DNA of 64,000 bases from Octopus bimaculoides. Lineage: Eukaryota. This document shows, in pieces, positions 38,241 through 49,362 of this stretch (the stretch's first letter is position 1; every line of letters starts with the position of its first letter). The notes beneath the pieces are model-generated. The model saw only the letters and a list, made by a program, of their open reading frames with translations, did no database searches and was not told the DNA's origin. The stretch is from positions 91,513,360 to 91,577,359 of the forward strand of contig NC_068986.1 of NCBI RefSeq assembly GCF_001194135.2. The letters are read 5' to 3'. A program made the position numbers and the translations under genes.

Positions 38241-40170
38241 GGAACTACATTGTCCAATGTATCTTTGTACTTTAGATAGTAGGCTGCTATTTCTAGCAAG
38301 TCAGGTGACCACACGGAGGTGGTGGGGGTCTCTTTTGTGGTTAATGATGAGACTTCTTTCCCCACCTCCTCAAATATCAATGGAATGATTTTTAAGTGGT
38401 CCGACAGTAGAGGTGGGGTAAGACAGATTCAATGTAAATCAATATTGCTAATTCAGTATTGATTAACTTAATTATAGTTACAGCCAAGAATTCGAAAAAC
38501 AACAAAGAAAATTTTGAAAATTGAATGACATTTGTAATTGTAATTATTGTAAAATTATTAGGATTATCATAAATTAATATTTTTCACAATTTTCCTATCT
38601 ATACATAGGTTGATACTCTGTGTGTGTGGGGGGACTCTGGTCAAACTTGACCAAAAGTATGCCAACCATGACCATCCCATCTTTTTGTATATTTACAACA
38701 TATTTCAGTGTCTTTTTTTTTTAAAGATGATACAGTTTGATTTGAATGGGATTTGGCTGCACTTTCAAGTATAGTGTGTGACTATATCAAATGCTATATT
38801 TGTTCCGAGTTCAAATCTTGTTGAGACCAACTTTACTTTTTATCCTTTCAAGGTTCTTAAAATAAAGTGTCAATGAAATACTGGGGTTAATAGAATCAAT
38901 GAACTCCCTCTCCTCAAAATTGCTGGCCTTGTGCCAAAATCAGAAGTCTTTATTTTTAGGACTATGGAGTGACAAAATTGGTAGAATATCAAACAAAATG
39001 CTTAGTGCTACTTAGGTTACATTTTGCACTCAAATCCAAGGTCAAATTTGCTATTCACCCTTCCATCTATCAGGTATTCATGGTGGGGTGATTTGATAAA
39101 ATACCCCACCTCCAAAATTAGGACTTCATCTCTGTTATCTCTCTCTCTAATGTGTATACAAGTTTTTCTTTTTTTTTGTGCAAATTTAATGAAGTAACTT
39201 TATAGCTCTGCTCTTTCACCAAAGATGCTGGTAAACCATGACCACAGATATTGCAAAATGTTGTCAGTAGATCCAGCTCCAGTTTTTCTCTTGGGTTGTT
39301 TAATAGCAGAAACAATAGAAAGCTCATGTAACTTTATCTGAGTTCAAATCCCTCTTGAGTCGACTTTGCCTTGTATCCCTTTCAGCATTGATTTAAACAA
39401 GTATCAGTTGTGTATTGTAATCTATTTAATTGACTGTGCCCTAACTCTAACCCTATAAATGATGTGAACTTAAGAAATTTTCATGATCAATGACAACTCA
39501 CTAGCAGAATGTGTTGCTGTTTAAAACCTTATAAATCCAATGTATGCCTGTGTGTACATATTCAATAAATGGTTGCATCAGTGAGTCAAGAAGTAAACCT
39601 CTATGTAGTTGCTTGGCCTACAGGAAATAGTAATCAAATTTCTCTCCAGTCATATCCTAGTGTCTTAAGGAAAGACAACTTGGTTAGTTTTTGGAAGTTG
39701 AAACTCATTTTATTTGTAGGTCCATTTGAACATGTGAAATCAGGGGCCAAACAACAACTACCACCACCTATCAGTTTCAAGGTGTTGTCCAGTTCATGAC
39801 GAAGAGGAAGCATTTGTCAAAATGGCTCCTGTGTCGGTGACACGTAAAAAGCACCATTCGAGCATGATTGTTGCCAGTGCTGCCTGACTGGTCCTCGTGC
39901 AGTGGTATGTAAAAAGCACTTAGTACACTCTTGGAGTGGTTGGTGTTAGGAAGGGCATTCAGCTGTAGAAACTCTGCTAGATCAGATTGGAGCCTGGTGC
40001 AGCCTTCTGGCTTGCCAGCCCTCAGTCAAACCGTCCAACCCATGCCAGCATGGAAAGCAGACGTTAAACCATGATGATTATGATGATGAATCTCTTTTGT
40101 TGCTTTTATATTCTTTCTTTGCTATCAAGTGTTCACCTTATAAATCTTTATTTATTTGTTACTATTTTAG

Positions 40171-40895
40171 GCAGATTCCATTCAGTTGAAAAGCTTTCTC
40201 ACAGTATTAAAAGCCAGCTTAAAGGGAGAATGTCCCCAACAAAAAGCAAACTTATCTACTTTATCTGCAATTACACCAAAGCAAATTGAAAACAGCAAGA
40301 AGAAACTTACCATCTTGAAACGACAAGATTACCCCATCTTGAAGGGTTTTCCATTTTCCCTTGTCAGCTTGAAAATAATTGGTTGTCACATCAAGAAATT
40401 AGACTCCAGGATACCTTCGTTGAAATACCTGCAACATCTGGACTTAACCGATAATGTCTTGCAAGAGCTCCCCAAGACCTTCAGTCGCATTCTTCTTACT
40501 GACTTGATCCTGAAGGGAAATCAGTTTTCCAACTTCCCCCAAATTCTACTTGAACCACCCCTGTGTGATAACTTATCTGTCTTAGACCTCAGCAGTAACC
40601 AGCTTCAAAGACTTCCCTCTCATATTGACAATCTGAGGAAATTACAAACTCTCAAAGTGTCCCGCAATCAACTGAAACAACTCCCCATCAATATTGGTAA
40701 CCTCTCTTCTCTGCAGAACTTAGACATCTCTAACAACCAGTTGCCATTATTGCCTGCCAATTTCATCAAATTATGTCTTCATGAACTTGACTTGTCACAC
40801 AATAGTTTTTCTACAACACCACATCGTATTCTTCGACAGTGTTTAGAACTTCCTTCATTGCAGTCCATTTGTGTCAAATTCATAATAAATAACAA
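40171..40895 (+). CDS. LRR1: LRR1 coding exon 3: leucine-rich repeats and BC/Cul2-box start (LPSLQSICVKFI)
   Basis: ORF 40186-40899 has about 7 LxxLxLxxNxL repeats and QDYPILKGFPFSLVSL (human KDYPLSKNFPYSLEHL). Acceptor ttttag|GCA at 40170/40171; donor AA|gtaagt at 40896 (phase 2). Confidence 0.95.
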
Positions 40896-41852
40896 GTAAG
40901 TCCATTTTATAGCTTTTTTCTTTTATTGTCCAATCTTGCAGGAGTTGGTTTAATTTGTTGCAGCAATTATTTTTTCAGTTGGGCTCCTTCTTTCCCTCTT
41001 CATAAAGTCAGTACACAATATATTTTGTTGGTCAAGCAAACTGGATTTGTTGTTGAGCCTCAAGTTAACCCTGGCCAAAAATACATATGTTTAAAGGCAT
41101 TCAAATCATGACTATTTCATCAGGTCTTTTTTTTAAGACAGTAGGGCACAGTTTGAGGCAGAGTTGGCTGCTATTTCTTGAAAGGTGGCTCACAGACTGG
41201 AGTGTAAGGAGTTAGATCCCTTGCTGGCGAGTACAATATAAGGACTGTAGTAACATCTGAACCTTTAGCAAACGACTTCATTTTTCATTCCATTTGCCTT
41301 CAAAAATGCTGAGTTATAGAACAATTTTGTTGGCAGGTTATGTCAGTTATTGTCACTGTTTCTTTTTTTATAGTTCAATGCTTTTCCTGAGACGTTTAGA
41401 ATGTAGACATTGACACACATGAACACACAGGCTGCAATAGTTTCCTTCTGCCAATTTCACTCAGAAAACATTGGTTGATCCAATACTACTGAAGAAGACA
41501 GTTGCCCAAGGTACCATGCAGTGAAATAAAATCCATAACCACTTGTGAGTCATGTGGTTAGTTTTCTTCTGCTATTGACCAGGCCTTGCTATTACAGAAC
41601 AGAGAACTGTTTCAATGCAAGCTCTGATAATTCCACATAAAGTAGATTCACACATCACATGGTAATTGTCATCGTCATCTAAATCTACGTCTATTGTCTA
41701 CCATGTCACTTCAAAGATAACAAACATATATGTCAAGTGTCCAAGACAGTACATGTAAGATTGAAGGGTTTAGATTAAACATGTTAGGAAGAAAGCCTGT
41801 GGGGTTATAGTAGACCAAATAGCATTTAATTTCATACATCTGCATTCTAGAT

Positions 41853-41987
41853 CAGTGCTCCACAACTGGTGTGCCATGGTGTAACCTGAATATAATTGTT
41901 TTCCTTATATTCTTAGTTCAGGTGTGTTGCGAAACTTTGAAAAGAATATAAGTGTACTGCAATTTGAAAAAGGGTTGAGGAGCACTG
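41853..41987. mobile_element. Short hAT (Charlie-like) MITE, 135 bp
   Basis: TIR CAGTGCTCC(A/T)CAAC, 13/14 match; TSD ttctagat/ttgtagat. Confidence 0.8.
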
Positions 41988-41999
41988 TTGTAGATATAG

Positions 42000-42250
42000 C
42001 AGTAGTTCTCGACAGGGGTTCACAAGTGTTTTAAGGGTCCCTGAAAAAATTTTGCAGATCTGTGCATCGGTGTGTATTACATGAAACAGCTGGGTATTTT
42101 TTCTCAAACAAGTTAATGTGTGAAAAATAAAATAGGAGTTTTCAAAGAAGTTTCTATGAAACTAGTTTTTGAACATCGAATGACTATGGGATCCATTAGA
42201 AAAAAATAACTAAAGGGGTCCATAGATAAAAAATGGTTTGAGAACCCCTG
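42000..42250. mobile_element. hAT MITE, 251 bp, 12 bp from the previous one
   Basis: Termini CAGTAGTTCTC / GAGAACCCCTG; perfect 8-bp TSD agatatag (41992-41999, 42251-42258). Confidence 0.8.
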
Positions 42251-42886
42251 AGATATAGGTTCAAATCCACAGCCAGGTTGACTTAATCTTCCACTTCTCT
42301 AAAGTCTTTGATTAGTACCATTCATCTACAGTTATTGATTCAACCAACTATAATACCTTTTTTTTTTTAATCAGGTTTAAAAGTACATTTAAATCTCCCT
42401 TTCCAGTTGTAAATATATGTAAGTTTATTGCACCATCAAACCCAGTCTTTGTGATGTAAGAAATGTATATGCTTCTCTTGTGTGCTGATTAGATTTAGTT
42501 TGATTTCACAAATGCAACACATTTCTTTATTTTTAAAGCTTTTTTCTATTTTTTGATTTTCTATGCAACAATAGAGCTATGTGATTACTCAATCTACTAG
42601 AATACAACCAAATCAACATCTGTCTTAAAGATGAAGTTATCAAGTTGTTATAATATTGTATCCAAGATATATTTCTTTCAGTTATGATTTCTGACTTGGA
42701 TACACTTTCCAAATGTCAAGAGAGAGAGAAGTGTTACATAACTTTCATTTAGTGGGATCGATTGAATTTTCTCATGAAATATCTAAATATCATAAGGCAT
42801 TTTCTCTGACATGGCATCCCCTGGCATTATAACTGATTTGAAATACAAATGATTATTTTACAGGAACATTTCATTTTCTCTTTCAG

Positions 42887-43133
42887 GATCCCTTACTGTG
42901 AAACTATGTACAGAGATTTACATGAACTGATACGATCACATAAACGCTGCTGGTGTGGTGAAGTTGTAGTGGCAAAATTCATTCACTGTATTTATCATGC
43001 CAACATCTCTTTTATGGTAGCATCGTTGCTCTCAACATCAGAGAAAACTTTTCCTCTTGAAGCATATTTTTGTTCACAGAAGTGTTTTGACCGATTTACA
43101 CACAAGCAATTTCAAAGTCCTCCGGTCACATAA
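42887..43133 (+). CDS. LRR1: LRR1 last coding exon (K-IPYCETM...CWCG...YFCSQKC...PPVT stop)
   Basis: Acceptor tttcag|G completes the phase-2 Lys codon. Cys motifs match the human LRR1 C-terminus (CVCG...YFCSLGC). TAA at 43131-43133. Total CDS 1254 nt = 417 aa plus stop. Confidence 0.92.
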
Positions 43134-43625
43134 GTGTTTCATTGATAACAGTGGATGTGTTTCTTCCATTCATTGTGAAATTCTAACACAAGTGTCAATA
43201 GTTGATACGTATTTATTTCTGACCTAACATTGTATATTATGTTTTAGTCAGTATTAAGGTTTATTATTTAACATTGAGACTGTTTTGATATTATTCCAAG
43301 ATAAATTTGACAGTGTCTTGTGCAAGACCAACATTAGTGAGCTCAAGTGTTTGTTTTGGAGGATACTGAATTGTTTCTTAGCTTGCGAATAGTTATAAAA
43401 AAAAAATGGATTTATCTTGAAATTGGATGATATTGTTTAGGATACAAAGTGATGAAAGTGAACCATTATTTTATGTTTACTGCTCTCTTCTGTCAAGACT
43501 ATATTTTTTGAAAATCTCCAGATGTGTTGTAACACAATAAGTCTACAGCTTGAGTCATGATTTTATTAAGTTATCTACCATTGTGGATAATTACTATCAT
43601 ATGTACACACTCATAAAAAAAAGAA

Positions 43626-43719
43626 AATAAATGCATCCAACTTAGAATCTTTTATGTTAATTTCCTTTCAAATGTTTGCATTTATTTTACAGCAATGCCT
43701 TAGCCCTTTTGTGAATAAA
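43626..43719 (+). terminator. Candidate LRR1 polyadenylation signals
   Basis: AATAAA at 43626-43631 and 43714-43719, about 0.5-0.6 kb after the stop, with T-rich sequence downstream. Confidence 0.35.
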
Positions 43720-46700
43720 CTTTGTAAACCTTTCAATTTTTCCTTCACATCTTCAGTTGCAACAACAGTAGGTTCCAGGCTGTGTTTTCACTTCTAACTT
43801 TTCAAACCAATCTAATATCTATCTTTAATACTTCAGATTCTTCACCCTTCTCTTTCCTCATAAGCAACAAGTCAAAATCTGCCCAGTTATGTTCTAAAGT
43901 GGCAATTCACTTTTCAAATGATTGCCTCGCTCTCTCTCCAATTCTTGGATCAGCAAAAAGTTTTATCAGCTGATTCAATGTCAACCCATTGTTTAGACAA
44001 AAGCATCAGTAATCGGGACAGTTCATTAGATTCCAACATGATGATACTGCTAGCTAGCCAGGAATTGTGAATTAAGAGCACCTACTTTTTTTTTTCTACA
44101 GTTTTTTGCCATGTCATGGTCACACGACTTCATTAATTAGATTTCACTTTATAGTCTTTTCATTATTAAGTTGGTATTTGAAACTAAAAGTTTTCAAAAT
44201 AAAATTAAAGGTTTTAATTTAAATGTGAACTGAAGGCAATCTCTTGTGGATTCATATAAAAAAAGGGGTTAGGACACCTTGGTTATTTTAGTTAAAGTGT
44301 ACTTGTGGATAAATCTACATGTGTTCAAGCAAGAGCCTCTGTTCACAACCCTTTCCCCTTTTAAGCTCAAAATGTAAACAAATAGAAATTAAAATTAAAA
44401 CAGATTCATGGGGAAACAAAGAAAAAAAAAAACACTTAAATTTAATTTCACATCTAAATTTACAGTCTGATATACAGATGATCAATTTTATTGGTTTTAA
44501 AATTTTACTTCAAATTTTTTTCTTTTCAATTTTACAAATTCATTAAAATACCAGACTCCATTTCCTGCAATTTATAACCCTTTCTGTTTTTGTCCATTCC
44601 CCCATATAGTTGGTTTCCATCCCAATGTTCCTCTTATTTTTTTTTTCCTAAGTATTCACAAAATATTAATTCAACCATCTTCAGGAGTATGGCAGTATCT
44701 GCATTGTTTGCTTTTTAATAATTTTATATATATTTATATATATATTCTTTGATTTTTTTTTTCTTCTTTTAATATATTTTATCACCATGGATACCATGGC
44801 TGCCTAGTGATGTTACAACAACTACTACAAACCAGTGAAACTGTTGCAGTGTCTCTGTTCTGACAGTCACCACAGCATATCACATGAGTATTTAAAAAAA
44901 AAAAAAAACCTCTTTAAATGGGACACTTTATAGTTAATGATTTCTAAACATTAGGTACAAGACCAAAGTTGTAATAGGTATTGTCAAGAAAGACATAGGT
45001 TGACCTCCTACCCAAGCAAAATTTGAACTTGGTATTCAGTTTCAATGTTGCATTTAATTGTTCATTCTACGGCTTCTGCCACCTCACTGCCTGTCGTTAT
45101 TAATGCTGAACATGATACTTTTAGTGTTGAAAAAAAAACAAAAAAAACAACAATTTTTTTAGACACACTAAGTCTCAGTGTTGCTTATCTCTCTATCACA
45201 TACTTTTTATACCACAATATTTCTTGAAAAGAGAATTTATGTAAAATATAACTGAACAGCAAGGAATAAATTTAACATTTGTCTTTCCTTGAGTTGGATT
45301 AATGAGCCAAGTGAAATACTAAATGTTAACAATTATGTGTTTCTAACAGAGGCACAAGGCCCTAATATAGGGAGGTGGGTTGTGAAGATTAAATCTGAAC
45401 TCCCAAAGGCGAAGTCAACCTCAGTGAAAGTTGTATTTGGAGTGTAATTAAATATTGCAGCGCTTTGCTAACACATTTGGCTCTGCACTAATAATTGCAT
45501 ACAAAACAACTTTCAAAGTAGGAACTTAACATTTCATTCTCCTGATTTATTTAAAAAGTAATTTAGTGATGACAGAACAAAGCAGCTGAGAACTGAATCT
45601 AATCTGGTTTCTTTTCCTACACAGACACAAAATACCTGAGATTATGTGAAAGTGTAGACAGAGTGTGGGGTGTTCCAGTTGGGAAGCAATGGAATTGTAG
45701 ATCAGATTTGATTCTACTCACCACAAATTATTCTCACACCTGTGACAACCAATAATGATGGCGATTCAGAGAACAAATGAATCTCAACAGGAGGGATTTG
45801 TACAGTAGTTAGTCATAAGGGGAGGTAATTTCTGTATCATTGCCTTTGGTTCTTACGAAGTGCACTCACTTCATCTTATAAGCTAGCTTTATATCATACC
45901 AGCGCAGCCTATATAAGCTAATACAACAGGTATGACAAGTTATATAAATAGATAAGAACATGTAAACAGTGGAAGGGAGAGAGAGAGAAATAGGTACACA
46001 AGTTGAGATTATGGGCAGACTGGGTAAAATGGATTTGACTCAGGGGAAAAAATTTTTGAAAGCTTCCTTCTCAGCCTCCCCACTCTCTATAAACTGAGTT
46101 GCTGTCATCAATATATTACAATTTTGGTTTTTCTGTCATAGTCATCTACTTTTTATTGTATTTTATAGACTAAATCTAGCGGTAAGCTAAACCAGGACAG
46201 AAACTTGATTAACAAATGACTTTCTATAGTATTAAAGCTTTTCAAACAGAGAACAGCAGTTTATGTAAAATGTCAGTTTAATAAGTCAATGGCATCAGAC
46301 AAATGCTAAAAGAAGTGATAAATCTGCATAAAGAGAACTGACAATAAATAGATAGCTGAGCTGGATTTTAAAGTTTGGGGAGCTGAATGAGAGAAAAAAA
46401 ATAATGAATATAAGAAATGGAGATCTGAGAAATAAAACCGAAAAATCTATTATACATATTCAAGACTGACTATAGAAATTACGCCGCCCCCCCCCCACCT
46501 CTAATACACTCCATTGTCTATTTCATTTGACTAAATCTCTCAAGATATATGGGTAGACACACCTGAGTTGAAGGAGGCTTGATTAAGTACCATTAATCCG
46601 TGTCACATTTAATATTGAACACAGAATTTGCCAACTCTCTCACCAAACCAATTTCAGTCCCTCCTTTCACAGTCACATTTGCATAATGACAGTTTGAGAG

Positions 46701-49125
46701 GCCAAGATAAAAGCAGCAGCTACTGAATATACTTCTACTGCATGCCCCACCCCCCTGCACTCACAACTGTGTGTGTGTGTGTGTGTAAGAGCTATGGGCT
46801 GACAATACCCAGTGGCAGCTTTGGTTTGAATCTAAATCATTATGGTACAACAGTATAAAAAGAAGCAGGGCAGCAGATGGATTTAGGATGAGTAGAATAA
46901 CAGGGAAGGGGGGGGGGGATTTAACAAAGTGTGGGGGTGGGGAATGGATCACAGAGATAAGGAATCCTGGTAAATACCTACGTTTCACTGTATGTATGTG
47001 TGTTCATATTCTCCACATGTGCACAAATTATTTCATTATCTTTCCATCACAGAAACTTTACCAACAGGGTCAACCAGTAACTATCACCATCTTAAATCAT
47101 AACAGTTTCTAACATAGGCACAAGGCCACAATTTTGTAGTGGGGATTGATTAAATCAATCGCAGTATTTGACTAGTACTTTATTTTTTTCAACTCTGAAA
47201 GAATGAAAAGCAAAGTTGACCTTGGCAGGCATTAGAACTCACACTATAAAGAACCAGGATAAATACAGCAAGGCATTTTGTCTAAAGCTCTGATTCTGCC
47301 AATCCACTTAATAATAATAATCATCCTCACATACGAATAAAGGTAGATTTTTTTTTCTTTCCCTCTAATGTATTTAGCACAAAGCCAAAAATGTTGAATA
47401 TCATGATTATATCAACTCAGGTGTATAACTAGCACTTTATTTTATCACACCCACCCATAAAAATGAAATCAAAGTGGACATCAGCAGATCATAAACAGGA
47501 ACTCACTCAAGTACCTTATCAATTCTGCCATAATAATAGTTTTTAACACAGGCACAAAGCTAAAAATTTGGAGTGGAGGGTAACAGGTGATTATATTGAC
47601 TCCTGTATATGACTGGTACTTTGTCATTGATGCCTTGGAAGGATGAAAGGTAAAGTTGACCATGGCTTAATTTGATGTTAAAAGCCAAAACAAGGCATTG
47701 CTCTTATGAATCTGCCATTCCATCACCCCCTGTTGTAAATAAAGTTGTTTCTAATTTAGGCACAAGGTCAGTAAATTTTGAGGGAGGGCTTTAGTCAATA
47801 CCAATTGGCCCCTATATTTAACTAGTGCTTAATTTTATTAACCTCGGTGGGATAAAAGGCAAAGTCAACCTCTGTGAGTTTTGAATTCAGAATATACTGG
47901 CATATCATCAGACTCTCTAACAATTCAGTCAATCCACTGATTTCTGCCATAATAATAATGACAGGACTTTTCCTCAAGTGACTTGGCAAAGGACAATATT
48001 CTTAATTGTTCCATGAACTGAAACGAAGCCTTAGGAGAGGTCCCTTGCCAAATAATTTCAAGTTATTTGGCAAAATAACTCCAGCAGTGAGATACTTCTC
48101 CCAGAAGTTTCAATTCTCATCCATTCAGCCATCATCTCTAAGAAAAGGACCAACAGGTTATTTTTAAGGATTTGACTTTCAAAGAACTTTCATTAACAAT
48201 ATCATATTTGTTATCTTCCATCCAATTTACCCTGAAAATCCTCTACAGCCATAATATCACCCAGAGACTACCGTACTGTGTTACACATTTCTAAAAATTT
48301 CTTTGACAAAAGCAAGTGGAAGGGTGGAGGAAATCTAATGCATTTCAAAGTCTTTTATGTAAAAAAAAAATTAAAAATTAAAGTTTAAGAGGTTAATCGG
48401 GGGTGGTATCAAAAGGAAAACTAAAAAAAAAAAATCCCTCCCACTCCTTTGTTTTTCCTTTTAAATTTAATTTGCTTTCCAAGAACAGAAAAAAAAATAG
48501 TAACTGTCACCAAAATCTTGAATTGATGGAGTAAAAGCCTGTCTGACACAATGATACACACATAGACAGCCTCCTGACTGGGGGTGAAAGAAAAAAAAAA
48601 AAATCACACACATATATGCATGTATGTATTTGACATATGTAATACTTTCTGCCGATGGTACCACTTCAAAAGAAAATCACATGCAAGAGGGGGAGGAGGA
48701 GGGGAACAATGATGAGGTTTTGGTGCTTCAAATTGCTGGCAACTAAACAGACATCCAGAATTCAGTTGATCCTCAGAGTCTGAATTACTGACAGATAGCA
48801 GCAGCTGCAGCAGCAACATCAATATCAACAACAGCAACAAGAAGAACAACTCAAAATTTTTCTGCTCCAAATTTTTAGTGTTTTCTTTCATTTTGTGTGT
48901 GTGTGTGTCTCTCTCTCTCCCCCATTTCTGGAGCAGTTCATATCCACCTGTTTCTAATTTGGATTGTAAAGCTTCTTCAGTGTGTACTAAGTTGAAGAAT
49001 TCACCAACCTCACCAGCACCCAGTACCACCACCTGGGGTGGTGTTTCTTAGTTTTTGTGTTTTATTTTTTAAAGGGGGGTTTCCTAAGGTAGCCCTTCAA
49101 AAGCGCAAGCTGTTGGTAGTCACTG

Positions 49126-49362
49126 TCAGCAATCAATGCTGTTTGGCCCAAAAGGCAGAGATTCAAGAACCGAAATGGGGTCAGTGATGTCTAAGTTTAT
49201 CGGCTCAACCTGAGTGGGTCCCTCTTCAACATCAAGTTCCGTGTAGCTTTTACTATGGGAAAATTCAGGCTTAGTTTCTTCAGGGATGTCTGCAACCTCT
49301 CCTTCCATGCCAGATGGTGGGTCCATTTTGGAAAACTCTTCTCTTAGATGATTATAATGTCT
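49126..49362 (-). CDS. BIRC6: BIRC6 terminal coding exon: RHYNHLREEFSKMDPPSG...GPNSIDC stop
   Basis: RHYNHLREEF corresponds to human RHTAQLREEL. Acceptor tttgcag|AGA; TGA at 49126-49128. The 13 exons total 2654 nt and stay in frame. Confidence 0.93.
   Translation of the reverse strand, partial: RHYNHLREEFSKMDPPSGMEGEVADIPEETKPEFSHSKSYTELDVEEGPTQVEPINLDITDPISVLESLPFGPNSIDC

Noticed and set aside
24546-38279. Long ORFs full of X or of alternating HT/YI/CV/SL residues
   Set aside because: Artefacts of N gaps and dinucleotide microsatellites; no coding signal.
42864-42886. Alternative upstream acceptor (ttttacag at 42862-42863) for the last LRR1 exon
   Set aside because: 23 nt from the used site, so out of frame with the conserved IPY...CWCG segment.
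48604-49032. ORF beginning VVVLGAGEVG (Rossmann-like GxGxxG), in frame with BIRC6 downstream of its stop
   Set aside because: Separated from BIRC6 by four in-frame stops, no ATG or acceptor, and the rest is microsatellite-derived; most likely chance in the 3' UTR.
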